Shown here piece by piece: positions 41,008-53,168 of a stretch of 64,000 bases of DNA. Source of the DNA: Takakia lepidozioides (Eukaryota; Plantae; Bryophyta); NCBI GenBank assembly GCA_030704615.1, contig CM060733.1, forward strand, positions 13,020,001 through 13,084,000. The letters run 5' to 3'. The notes beneath the pieces are model-generated. The model was not told the origin of the DNA. It worked only from the letters and a program-made list of their open reading frames with translations, and did not search any database. Numbering within the stretch: the first letter of the stretch is position 1; each line of letters opens with the position of its first letter. A program made the position numbers and the translations under genes.

Positions 41008-41530
41008 CCAGTCGGTAGCTCAGTAGTCAGTAGGATGGTGCACTGAGTGCCACCCAGGTGATTCTGGGTTCAAATCCTGCTAACTTGTGGGGTGTGGTCC
41101 AAAATGTACAACGCCTCTCGCATGAAGCGTAAAGTATGGGTGTCACTTGACCCCCAAGGGCTACTTCTTCAAGCGGGGAGGTGGACACCTGGACACCTTT
41201 GTGACACCAATCGGTGGATTGAACTCACAACCACTTCCGACAAAGATTCCCTGCTATGATTGCGACGGCCGCTGCGTCCGGGCGCACCTTTGATTCCCGG
41301 TAGCGTCACCGGATGACCCTGTTATCCAGGTGGTAAGTGCCCATTATCAGATGTGGTATTCTTCTCCCACTTGACGAAGGCCTGAGTATATTAATAGCCA
41401 AGGAAAAAATAACCTTGCAGCAAAAAGTCCCGGAGGCAATAGAAAGGAGCCCAGGTGGTTATTTTTTCCACCATTTTGTAATCTCCTTTGCTTAATTTGA
41501 TTAAAAGGGCCTCTGTCCTAAGAAAAAAAA
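41008..41530 (+). mobile_element. tRNA-derived SINE-like element
   Basis: Pol III A-box-like TAGCTCAGTAGTCAGTAGG (~41016) and B-box GGGTTCAAATCC (41066-41077). A-rich ends at ~41405 and ~41523. Confidence 0.6.
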
Positions 41531-41564
41531 TTTAAGAATTTTTTTTTTTTTTAAAAACGACACT

Positions 41565-41885
41565 ACCCAGAGGAGTGTAGAGCCTCATTCCCTGCAATAT
41601 CCATCGTCCTATGGACATGATAAGGACTAGGTAACATTCGAGAGGAGCCCCTGCCACCGGATATAGCATGGAGCCAGGACCTACCGAGCTGCGTTAGTGG
41701 TGAGATGTCATAGCGACCTGCTATATCCGGTAGCAGGGGCTCTTCTCGAGCGCTACCTAGTCCTTCTCACGTCCATAGGACGATAGATATTGCACAGACA
41801 GGAATGAGGCTCTACACTCCTCTGGGTTAACGGGGCTTGGTAGGTCCTGGCTCCATGCTATATCCGGTAGCATGGGCTCCTCCTA
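41565..41885. repeat. Fold-back inverted repeat built from a ~135-bp unit
   Basis: 41566-41668 is nearly the reverse complement of 41719-41827. 41832-41883 is the reverse complement of 41644-41690. Confidence 0.85.
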
Positions 41886-42183
41886 GCAGGACATAACCGG
41901 TTTTTAGGGTAGCGAGCCAATCATTTTAGGGCAGCGAGCCAGTCAGTTTACTCTTGTACGTACCAGTGTTGGGCGGTTACCCGCCTGGGCCGGGTAAACG
42001 CCGGTTCCGGTTATGTGGAACCGGACCGGACCTGCCTGTGCAGAACCGGAACCGGAACCGCTCATTGGGGATTGTGTGGGAACCGGAACCGGCGGTTCCA
42101 GCTACGACCACATGTGTGGGAACCGCCGGTTCCGGTTCCGGTTCCGGTCCACCCGTGGGCTGTAGCCCTAAGTGTCTCTACGT

Positions 42184-42318
42184 CCCCAGAACGCGGCCCG
42201 AGCTCGGATTGGCCTCCGGCCCCTTCAGTGGGACGACCGTCTCGCAGGTTACGCACACTGGTGGGCCGTTGAAAGACGAGAGTATGGCGATTGCCAACTC
42301 CAGCACTCGGGAGGGCCA
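42184..42318 (+). pseudogene. Captured PR-1 (CAP/SCP domain) fragment
   Basis: [45 protein letters not shown] matches the PR-1 N-terminal half (HN.AR..VG..PL.WD..LA.YA..A....DC.L.HSGGP). Confidence 0.85.
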
Positions 42319-44200
42319 GCTGCAACCACTAGTCGCCCGCTCAGCATTGTTGCGGCGACGAAGAAGGCCGTTGTGGTGCTCAAAGGAACTTCGAACGTAG
42401 AAGGCATTGTCAATTTGGTCCAGGAAGATGATGGTTATTTCTGAAGACCTCTCTGATTGTGGTTTTGCATGTTGTGAAGAAATGTAGATATAGCTGTCAG
42501 ACGAAATGAAAATGAAGCATTGTGATCTTTGTTATAGATGGGAGTGAAAGTGATCATGGTACTGTTTGTTTAGGGTTTGGAGATGTATTTAGCTCCAACG
42601 GGGCATGCGATTGAAGAACGGTTTTAGAACACAGAATTCGTTGGCCGTGGTTTCTGCTGAATTCTCCCTACTTAAAACTTAAGACATTCCCCAGCGTCTT
42701 TGCATGCTGGGACCAGAGTGCCTGACAATGGCAGTGTGCGACCACTTTATCCCTATCATATGATTAATGCATTCCAGACATCGAACAGAACTACCGTGAG
42801 AACACATTGCACGGGAATCCCTGAACCACCACGGAGGAAGAATCTCTAAAGTTCGCATCTGCAGTAGGAGTAAGCGCTAGGGATTTGGATTCACATCCGC
42901 TAAGGCGAGAGGTCAGTTGAGGCCCTCCAAATTATACACAAGGAAATTTGTGTAGTTCTATTTCTGCACTCTGACTTTCGCCACTCTTTTCCAGACTGTG
43001 TTGTTTGTTGTGCCTCAGTATGGCAATATTGGGACAAAGTCAGAGAGAGACAGTATCCTGTGGAGACTACACTTTAAGGAAAATTGCTTTTCGACCAAGT
43101 TTGAATAGGGAGGTGTGATTTTTGAGCAGGTCCCACAACGGTGAATGTGAAGATTACTGGCCTTGCACCTGGCAAGCATGGTTTTCACCTAGTAACCACT
43201 TTTGGCTTCAACTTTTTGCTTTTGCATCTTTATATCCGAGATTGGAACATGTATAAGTAATGCCACTCTTGAATGGCAGAGGCCTAGCTCTGGAGAAGCA
43301 CACATTTTGGAACTTGTGATTAATTTTTATTATTTGTTGTTCAATCCACTTCAAGGTTTTGCAGAAATTTGGGAGGCTTCGCATTGTATGACTGCTGCGT
43401 TTCAGCTGGTCATGAATTTATCTGCCATTGTGCTTTGGGACACCAAGGGCTTTCAACTCCTAGAAGTGTACTGATTGAGGGAGAGATAAAAGGGATGACG
43501 GGCTTTCTAGTGGAGCAATTTTTCCGGGTGCTAGGGTGGGCTTTCCTTCCAGTTATGAGCAGCGTGGTATGATGGTTGCAGGTCTTTTTTCATCCAAATA
43601 GCCAGGGCAGGTGTTCCTCTTTTCGCTGTGTGTCAGGGAATCTTGAACAATGTTGAGTGGCGAGAGGAGGTATGTGAGCAGCCATTCCCCCGTCTCTTCC
43701 ATCCACTCCTTCAGGGGCTCTCTCGTTCATAGTTTCTGGCTACTCCACGTGGCACTGCATTCTGGCTGTCTTCACTTGTTTATCTTGTACGTCCGTCATT
43801 TTCTAAGCAATTCCCTGTCATTTCTACCTACTTGTTCACCCTTCCCTGGCCAGATTTCAGACCTGCTCTTACAAGGTTTGACAGTCATCATTGTCTTACT
43901 TTTTGCACTCTTACAGTGTCAGGCATGCTTATATTATGGACACTATCCTCTTCCACCTTCTGAAAGACCATGTCTCCAGACCCTTGTTGTTAAGCTTGAC
44001 CTAACTTCACTACTGGAAAGCTTGCATTAAGCGAGTTGTCCAAGTGTGAGGTTGTGGTCTGTTGCCTGGGTTGGAGTTGTGAAATCGATGTGTATTGCTA
44101 CCTGGAATATGTGTGGGTTTTAAGGTTACAGTTCAATGGTAGATTTTAATGATGTATTTGGGTTGAGTTGCTGCAGCACACCCACCAATGGATGCATGTC
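42319..44200 (+). pseudogene. CSD2: Captured chloroplast Cu/Zn superoxide dismutase fragment (exon 1 end, exon 2, exon 3 remnant, with introns)
   Basis: [36 protein letters not shown] donor at 42434; AG acceptor then exon 43130-43191 PTTVNVKITGLAPGKHGFHL, GT donor; remnant H..TNGCMS after CAG at 44176. Confidence 0.85.
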
Positions 44201-44689
44201 TTTGTTAACACAGTTCACTTTTAGCCTCATAGTTTTGTATACTAGCATATGAAGGGTTAACCCATGGAATCATCACTCTAGTGACCTCCTATGCTACTTT
44301 ATGCATGCACCTGTGTTTGGAATGTGCCACCAGTTTGTATCTGTTAAATCCTCTATGCTATTAAAAATGTGCTAAATGCTAAGTGTGCTGTCGTGGCCTT
44401 CTCTAGGGCTTTTGCAATTACCTTTCAGTAGAGATTACAGAAAGTCAACCTGGTCTTGGTTGTCAGTGATTTAGTCATCCAGTCGTCTCCAAGTGCTGTT
44501 CAGCTACTGAAGAGGGCTTTTCAAAAGAGAATGATCTAAGCAATCGAGTGGATATCAATGTTGTAGCAAGTAGAGTTAGTGACGTTGGTAAGCATCCACC
44601 ACTTTTGGTTATTTTACTGTTTTTAGCTTTAGTTCACCATGAAGCTAATGAGCTTCTTCCTTTCTTATGGCATGTGGTGCAAGAGGTAA

Positions 44690-46165
44690 GGAGGACGAGT
44701 AAAGAGGGCCCACCTGCAACCAGGCCCCTTGGTCCATGGTAATCATTGATCATCATTCTTCTTCTTTTTTCTTTTTTTTTTCCTGTTTTCTTTGATGATA
44801 TACCAAGGGGCTGATAGCCCCTTGCTCCACTATGGTAGATTTTACATTGGAGGGAGCACAAGCAAAGAGGGGCCCGCCAACCAGCCCACATTGCCCACTA
44901 GTAAGTATCTTCCCTTTCTTTAAATTTTTTTAATTCTTGATACAATTGGGGGTTGATAAGATAGCCCCTTTGGCTTCTATTATAGCAGATTCTGCATGAG
45001 AGGGAGGGAGCCCAAAGTAGGGAGGGACCTGCCAACCAGCCACCATTACCCTTGTAACTCCCTTTCATTGAGCTTTATTTTTTAGTTGTTTAAATTTTTA
45101 TTAAAAGAGGGGCTGATTAGCCCATTGCTCTTGTGCTACGGCTGATCGTGCATGGGAGGGAAATGAGGGCAAGTAAGAAGGCTGGCCAACCAGCCCCTCT
45201 TGCACCGCACATGTAAGCATCCCCCTTCATTTTTTTTCCCCATAAAATTGGTATAGCAAGGGCTGATTAGCCGTTGCTAATGCAGATCACACACAAGGAG
45301 GACGTCCAGTGCAAGTAAAAAAGCACGTCAACCAGCCCCTCTCATCTTGTAGTAAGCCCCCACCCTTTATCTTAGTTTTTTAATGTTATTCTTTCAAATG
45401 TGTGGTACAACAAAAGGCTGATTCGCCCTTCCTCATAGTGATATGTTGCACTCGGGAAGGGAGCAGAAATAGGAGGTCTCTTGACCCGCCAACCAGCCCC
45501 CATTACCTGCGTGTACTTCCCCTTCATCGTTCTTTATTTTCTTAATTATTTTAAGTTTGTGATATAAGAGGAGCTGATTAGCCCCTTGCTCTTTTGCTAT
45601 TGTAGATCGTGCATGGGAGGGAAAGAGGGCAAGTAGGGAGGCCTCCAGCCCCCGTTCCACCACACATGTAAGCATGCCCCTAATTCAATGTTGCATATTT
45701 TTTTTTTCCCAGAAAATTGGCATAGCAAGGGGCTGATCAGCCCCCTACTCTGTTGCTATGTAGATCACACACAAGAAGGAGGAGTGCGAGTTTAGAGCCC
45801 GCTAACCAGCCCCCTCATCCTATGGTAAGCCCCCACCCTTTAATAGCTTAGTTTTTTATTTTATTTTTTCCAATGTGTGGTACAACAGAGGGATGATTTG
45901 CTCCTCCTCTCATAGTGAAAGTTTGAACTCGGAAAGGGGAGCACAAATATCAAGAAGGCTTGACAGCCAGCCCCTACCTCTTGTGGACAATCACCCCACT
46001 TTAAAGCTTCATAATTTTTAGTTATAACTCTTCATGTTGTGGTACAACAAGGACTGATTTATTTATATGTGGTGGGGGCATTGCAGATCATCTCCCAAGG
46101 CATGAAGTAGCCAAGCCGACCACTGAAGCATAAGACTGGTCCACCCCCAACTTGCTAGGTAATTT
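44690..46165 (+). repeat. Tandem array of ~10 diverged ~150-bp units inside the hAT, each with splice-signal architecture
   Basis: Recurring T-rich tract, GGGCTGATTAGCCC, YAG, ~60-72 nt segment containing CCAACCAGCCC, then GTAAG. Confidence 0.8.
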
Positions 46166-46428
46166 TTGTAATTTGAAAATGTAAATGTACATGTAATAGA
46201 TTAAAAAAATAACGTAGATCTAAATGTAGGCCATGTATGTAACATTCAGCTCAATATGACATAATAAATTGAGCAGTGCGGTGTCTATCCCCACACTTTC
46301 GTTTTGGCCAGCCATATACCATCCCAAACTTTTGTAAATATATGAGTTTTGCACAATTATTAAATGCCTTTTGGATTCTTTGTTTGCATTGTTTTTACAC
46401 AGGAGTTGTTCCACAAGCTTTTTATGTC

Positions 46429-48768
46429 ATGGAGCCCAATATTTTCGATGAACTAGAAAGGGAAGTTGTTCCTGACAGCAATGTTGATAATGAGAGAGCT
46501 TTGTTGGAGTGCCATGTTGCGGAGGATGCTCATCATGAAGCCTCATTTACATCAGCTCATCAAGCCTCGGCTGCAATGTCATCTTCCACAGTTTCGCCAC
46601 CACACACGGTGTTGGATGTGGAGGCGCAGCTCCTAGTACTTGAAAAACAACGGGATTTTTGGAAGCCCCACAATCGCACTGCTTCGACATGGGCATTCTA
46701 TGCAACAAAAGACTCTGCTCCAGTGGACATATCAAATCCACAACAAATGAGGTGTGTTCTATGTCATCCTGTTGGTGTCACTCTTGCAAGCAAGAAGGGC
46801 ATTGTGACCTATAATAAAACCAATGGTATCTCTGCCCTTCGAAAGCATGTGGATCAAGAACATGACATTGTTTTGCGTAGGTGGATTGAGAGGGAAAATG
46901 AAGGACCTGAGAAGGCCCGTAGGCCAGCAAAAAAGAGGCCTGGCCCCACTCCTGGAAACATAGCTTCTTTTTTTGGGAGCTCCACTCCATACAACCAAAA
47001 TGATGATCAACAGAAGCAGTTCAATGAGGATTTAGTCTTATTCATTGCAAAGGAGTTGGTTCCACTGTCTTTGGTAGAATCCCCTTGGCTAAGAAGGATG
47101 GTGTTGAGGCAAAATCCTCGGATTGTTTTCCCTTCTCGACGGACATTTGTGAATGAGGCCATTCCAATCTTGGCAGAGAGGACGAAAGAGCGTTACATGT
47201 CCCCATCTCTTCAGAGTTGTGCTACTTGCTCCGTGAGTTTTGATTTGTGGATGTCAAGAGGGGGAACTGACACTTTTGTCATCATAGCGCACTTTATTAA
47301 TGAACAGTGGGAGCAATGTCATGTGACTCTTGGCATGTTTGAGACACCTCACACATCTGGGGCTGCCATGGCACATCAAGTCAACAATCTTCTTGTGAAG
47401 TATGGCCTCAATACTCGCATTATTACTTACGTCAAAGATGAGGGAGGTAACTTGGTCACTTTGACCAATGCTTTGAATTCGGTGGTCTCATGTGCGTGTT
47501 TGGGGTTGGATTCTCCATTTGTGGGTAGCTGTTTTAGGCATGCAATGTCCAAGTGTTGCCAGTATGCAACAAATGATGCAAAAGTATGCGCAGATATGAG
47601 ATCGGTTTCTATAAAAAATGCCCAATCAGAGTTGCAAAAAACCATTACTTGGACCAAAAAAAGTGGCAAAGGGAGACAAGAATGGGCAAAGGCATGTGTG
47701 GACAACGGCATTCATCCCTGCAAACTGAAGACTCCGGTGAAGACACGGTTTGCTTCCAAGGTGATCCTCTTCCAAGAGACTTTGGAGTTTAGGCAAGCCA
47801 TAATCACTTGTTACTGTAGGCAAACCTCATTGGCACTGCAGTCTCGCATACCAAGTCCACAAGTGTGGGCCATTGCCCAATCAATTTCTACAGTTCTAGG
47901 GCTGTGGTTCATGAGTGCATTATGAATCAATCTGGGGGATTTTGGTTGTTGTCCGATGCTCTTAATGCAGCCATTGCCACAACAATTCGCATGCGAGGAA
48001 GTAGTGCTGGGGGGGCTGCAACTGTGGATCATTGCATGGGGGATTTCTCAACAGAGTTGACATTGTTGGAATGGCGGATGGCTCGAGAGGTGGTATATGT
48101 CTTGGAACCATTTCTTTCTTTTTTGGAAGGGTTTCAATCGCGCAAAGCTCACAATATGCTCGCGCTTATGCTTGACCCACGTTACAAGGGGTTGTCATTG
48201 GTATCACAATATGTGGGCAAAGAGCGTGCTTTGCATATTGTGTCCCAATATGATAGTATGGTGTTAGAGCCTCTTTTGGTAAAGTGTTTCAAGGTCTTAC
48301 ATCCGGATACTCCGGCCCAATCACAGCCCACTTCTACAATAGACGAGATGTCCTTATTTGGTGTGCATGACCACAATGAAGACATGACATTGACAGTGGT
48401 GAGAGAACAACTATCACATTTCAGAAGGACGAAGATAAATGAGGGTGAGTGCGTGGCTCCTTTGAAATGGTGGAAAGAACACGAGTCTCTCTTTCCGTAT
48501 GTGGGATTTTTGGCACGGCTAATTTTGGGCATCTCACATTGAAGCTGAGAGGGTTTTTAGTATTGCAGGTGTCATAACAAACTTGAGACGGTGCAGGTTA
48601 AATATTGAAAACCTTGATATCCTTGTGAGTGTAGTCAAGAATTGGCCAAATGATGCTAGAGTTGGTTGCTTTAGTACTTCCATGAAAGAGTTTTTGGATA
48701 GGGAATAAGTCCTCTTAGATGAGAATGAGGACTTGATTGCAGAGGCAAACCTCTTTGAGGTAGACTGA
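46429..48768 (+). pseudogene. hAT transposase (BED finger, DDE, dimerisation domain), frameshifted
   Basis: W.F..CVLC..LRKHVDQEH (zf-BED), SFDLW, YVKDEGGN, CFRH, KTRF, LDPRYK, PLKWWK..FP..LAR, ERVFS.AG. Frame breaks at ~47900 and ~48535, stop at ~48706. Confidence 0.92.
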
Positions 48769-50089
48769 TTTGTCTTAGAGACAAATTATTGTTCAACATA
48801 TTACACTATACTCCTTTGATTGGAGTTTGTTTATTTGTCATTTTTATTGAAAATTTCAGTGACATCCCGTGTACTTAGTTTGTTGTATGCTATATTGACA
48901 AAGCATCATCCAAAAAACACAAATTTATGTAGTTTTTTTTAGTTGTGCTTTTGCTGCACCATAAAAGGTAACCATAGAATTACACATGTTTAATTTGTTT
49001 TGTATTTTGAATTAAGATCCTTATGTAGTTAGTTTGTTTTAGTTGTTCTTTGCTACACCATACGACAACTTATAAAATCTCTGGTTTTCCGTTTTTAATG
49101 GAGACCATGCGTATATAACTAGTTATATATACCATAAAAGACAATCACAAAAAACATATAAGTTTATTTACTTCTGTTTTACTAATAAATTCCCTGGTTT
49201 TAGTTGAAAATTCTCAGTATGACCAATCAGATCAGTTCATCTAATTTTCCAGAAGAATAAAAAATTAAAAGAATTTAATATATTTTTAAAAAAGAACCGG
49301 AACCTAACCGGGAACCAGTGTTTTTTTTCCAGCAACTAACCGGTAACCGGAACCGTCCCCATGTTAAAAAGTCGGAACCTGAACCGGACCGGAACCGCCT
49401 TAATAAAAAATAACCGGATCCGGATCCGGAACCGTCTCTTCAAAAATTTGTGGAACCGGAACCGAAGGTTCCTTCACAAAGGCAAGAACCGCCCAACACT
49501 GGTACGTACCTACCACCACGTTTTCTATCCATTTGGAGCTGTGATATGAAGTTTTCATCCCCGCAGCAGGTAGGTAGGTAGTTAAAATCTAGTAGGTCGT
49601 AGAATACCACATATAGCACCCCTCCTCAAATCCAGTAGAAACACGTCGCGTCAAGGAGTCTGCTCTAAAAATCGGTTATGATCTGCAACGCACGATTTAG
49701 GAGGTGATACGCCGTGGGGTTGAACAGCTGTCGTGAGATTGTTTTCGATCGTGCGTATGTGATGTCAGCTACAGGCTGAGATACAGAAAGTGACTAAGTC
49801 TTTATACACCGTTTCACATTACTCACAGGACAAGATACCAATTATGTGTTGAGCTCTGCTCAGAGATGATCATTAAGAGACATGCACTGTTTCATCAAAA
49901 TCTCATCTGTCGTAGAGGGCCAACATCCCTTTACTTATACAAGTATAATAAGACTGTTATACATATGGTGAGGTCTGGTACAAGGTGCTGGCCCCACTTC
50001 AACGTTATTGTCTCCCCATTCAGACCTGCAGCTCATTAAATCTATCCATGAATGATCTAGCACATCACATGTGTAGAGCCCCCCCTCCC

Positions 50090-52700
50090 CTCCCCCCTAT
50101 TGAGATGGAAGGAGCTCCTACAAATTTAGCAAAAACTGAACAGGAACAAACAGTGACTGCAGGTCCTATTGTCCCGAGTTGCAAGCTGCCAAGGACTCCT
50201 GACCCAGTCACGTTTTTGGTCTCACATGTAATGGCTGGTTTAAACCAACACCGATATCACAGGAAGAGCTGATCTAACTTTGCGTTTCCTAGCTACAGGG
50301 GCAATGAACTCAACAGTGTGACCTTCAAGATTAAGACAAGAGGAATCAAATTCCAATGTGCAATGAACTAAGTCAGCACCGGGTATGACATGTGATGGAG
50401 CTATGACAATAGAGGATCAATATTCGAGTTTGAACTTCCACCCAACTGGGACTTCTTGCACCACCAGAAAAGGTCTTTTGTACTTAGGCATAAACTTCCT
50501 CTTCGCGTCCTACTTCTTATGATGCCGCCATACTACCGTGTCTCCGATGGTGAAGGCAACACTGTAGATAATGCGCTTGTCGTAGTTCTCAGCTTAGACT
50601 TCCTGCACAACAGCTACGTTGTAGCGAGCCTCATCCTCAATGACTTGGCTACGCTTGTCGAGCTGAGTCATGTGATTAGAAAGGTCATGTGGATGCTCAA
50701 CCACTACATCATGTAAAGGCGTAATTCATGTAAAGGTGTGTTACATCCACGATTATAAACCAGCTCAAAAAGAGTAATTTAACCCGTGCTAGACTGGACA
50801 TTAGTTCTTTTTGCAAATAGGACAGCATTCAAAACTTTGTCCCAACGATCATCCTCTTGTGCGTTTTTGGTCAATTAAACACATAGTGTTTTGTTAAAAC
50901 GTTCTATCAGTCCATTGCACTGAGGGTGATAGGGTGAAATAGCTAACTGCTTGATACCCATGTGTATATGCACAAAATACCCATCAAGGCATTGCAGAAC
51001 TCAATGCCATTGTTGGTGAGGATCTCGAGAGGGCACTGTCGCATGATGATGCATGTCCTCATAGAAAAACTGCACCACAGAGTCACTATCCTTGCTCATG
51101 AACAAAGGGCGGAGCTCGACCCACTTAGACAGGTAGTCAGTCACTACAATTCAACGATATACTGATGGCCTCAACTACTAGTGGTCAGAGGCCCCAACAT
51201 ATCCGGACCTACTCGAGCGAAGGGCTCGGAGGTAGGGATAGGTTGAGAACTGGTCATGAGTTCTTTGGCCAAGGGCCGGTTGAGTTGGCAGGTGGTATAG
51301 AGTCTGATGAATTGAGCTACATCTACTTCTCACATAATCTGGCAATAGTCTTAGGAACTCCAAAGTGACCAGCAGAAAACTAAAATGAGTGAAACAAGGC
51401 AAGTAGGGCTGGAACTTCATCTCGGGTAGGTACTTTGAGGACATTGGTGATGTCGCTAGTTTTACCAACAAAAACAAGTTTTCCCTCAAGAACAACATGT
51501 GTTCGGAGGTGGTACCTTACTTATTTTCGTGTGGAGTCACATAGGCCTCTCGGGACTTCACCTGTAAGACATGCCTTGGTAAGTGCTCTATGCACAACAG
51601 CCTCCATGTTGGTCCTTGTCCTCTGAAAAATTGAAACGTTATTAGGATGTTGGGATGGAAAGAGTGTCCGCCCCTATGAGTTCTTGATGCCACAACACCA
51701 TACACATGAGTCAGAGAGAAAGAAACACATCATCTTTATGCAATACATACCGAAATCCATAATATCCAGCAAACTTGAAGAATTAGGTCTGATGCAAGTG
51801 GAACTTATCCAACTAAAACTTGCAAACCGAAGCAAGCAACAAGGTGCATATGCTGATGAGAGCCTAGATCCTAACTACGTGGAATAGCAAATTAAACCAT
51901 GATTGCCAATATTTTGTCAGGAACAGGCTGGATGCCTTGGGCCGAGATCAGGTGGCCAAGATACTTGTGTTCTCCTAGGCATAAGGCACATTCCGAGGCT
52001 TTTAGCTTCAGATTAGCAGCTTTCAACCTAGTAAGGAACACCTTCTGAAGATGCTCAAGATGACTCGAAAAGGACTTAGAGAACACATTTGATGTCATCG
52101 ATATATACTAAGGCACATTCCCATTTCAGGTTATCTAGTACAATCATTAAGCACTGAAATGTACTACTCTCATTACACAAACCGAAAGGCATGATCTCAA
52201 ATTGGAAGAGGTCATGCCGGCAGGCGAAGGCAGTTTTCTCCTTGGTTGCGCCTTCAATGAGAGGTACCTGCCAAAAGCCACTTGCCCAATCCAGCGATGA
52301 GAAGATGTAGGTTGACTCATTCAATTGATCAGGGGTAACATGATCACTTCGTGGGAGGGGATAGATGTCCTTTTTCGTGAGAGCATTCAATCTAATTCGA
52401 AAATCAATGCAAAATCTAGTGTTATGATCTTTCTCTCTACCAATACCATTGGATTGGCCCATGGAGAGATGGAAGGTCTAATGACTGTTGCATCTAGCAT
52501 TCGTTCAATCTCCTTCCTAACTATCTCTCTCTCTTTGGGACCCTCTTGTTAGGGGTGTTGTTTAACAAGATCCCCCTCAACCATAATGTCATGCAAGAGT
52601 ACAGGGGTGTGGCCTAGGTCTGTTGGTCCTGAACTGAAGACCTCTAGGTTGTTACGTATGAGAATTGGTTAGAGCTTCTCCTTTTGAGGAATAATATTAT
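50090..52700 (-). mobile_element. Degenerate Ty3/gypsy pol relic (RT, RNase H, integrase)
   Basis: RFCIDF..LNALTKKDIYPLPR, LDWASGFWQV, MPFGLCN, YIDD; integrase YHPQCNGLIERFNKTL (~50880-50940); purine tract on the minus strand at ~50080-50098. Confidence 0.8.
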
Positions 52701-53168
52701 CTAGCTGGATCTCAAACATCACATATGCCAACTTACATGCATCCTGGGACTTGAAGGGTTGGGATCAAAGTCCAGCACCTGGTAATGTTGATCTACCTCA
52801 TCGGAGTACTCATGAAGAGCAGTGTTAGGGGTAACACCTGTTGATTCTTGGAGAGAGTGTTCACGAGCACTACTCCACTAGGGAGACGGTAGTCGTGAGA
52901 GCATAGCTCCACAAAGGGCAAGAGAAAGAAGACTGTAGACGACGTGTGAAAGTATTTCCATGAAGATAGATGTGTTGTGTCAGGTCTGGGGCCAAGATTG
53001 TTATGTCTTGAACTAGTTATCATTTTACTGCTCGCTCTATTCCTCTACTCTTATGCTATTATTGTTTCTTATACTATTAGTCAGCTTCTCGATCTAATCT
53101 ATACTAGTGAAATACTTGTGTACAAATATTTATGTCTATAAACTTGTCTTGTTAAAGTTTTTTTTATC

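Larger units (their letters stand above)
41964..49501 (+). mobile_element. hAT DNA transposon (7.5 kb) with captured gene fragments
   Basis: 15-bp TIRs CAGTGTTGGGCGGTT / AACCGCCCAACACTG. Perfect 8-bp TSD GTACGTAC (41956-41963, 49502-49509). GGAACC subterminal repeats. Internal transposase. Confidence 0.96.

Noticed and set aside
41008-41085. Functional tRNA gene
   Set aside because: A and B boxes are present, but there is no convincing acceptor stem or cloverleaf; a SINE head explains it better.
41760-41795. Hammerhead ribozyme (GTCC-ATA-GGAC-GATA resembles stem II)
   Set aside because: The CTGANGA and GAAA core nucleotides are absent on both strands.
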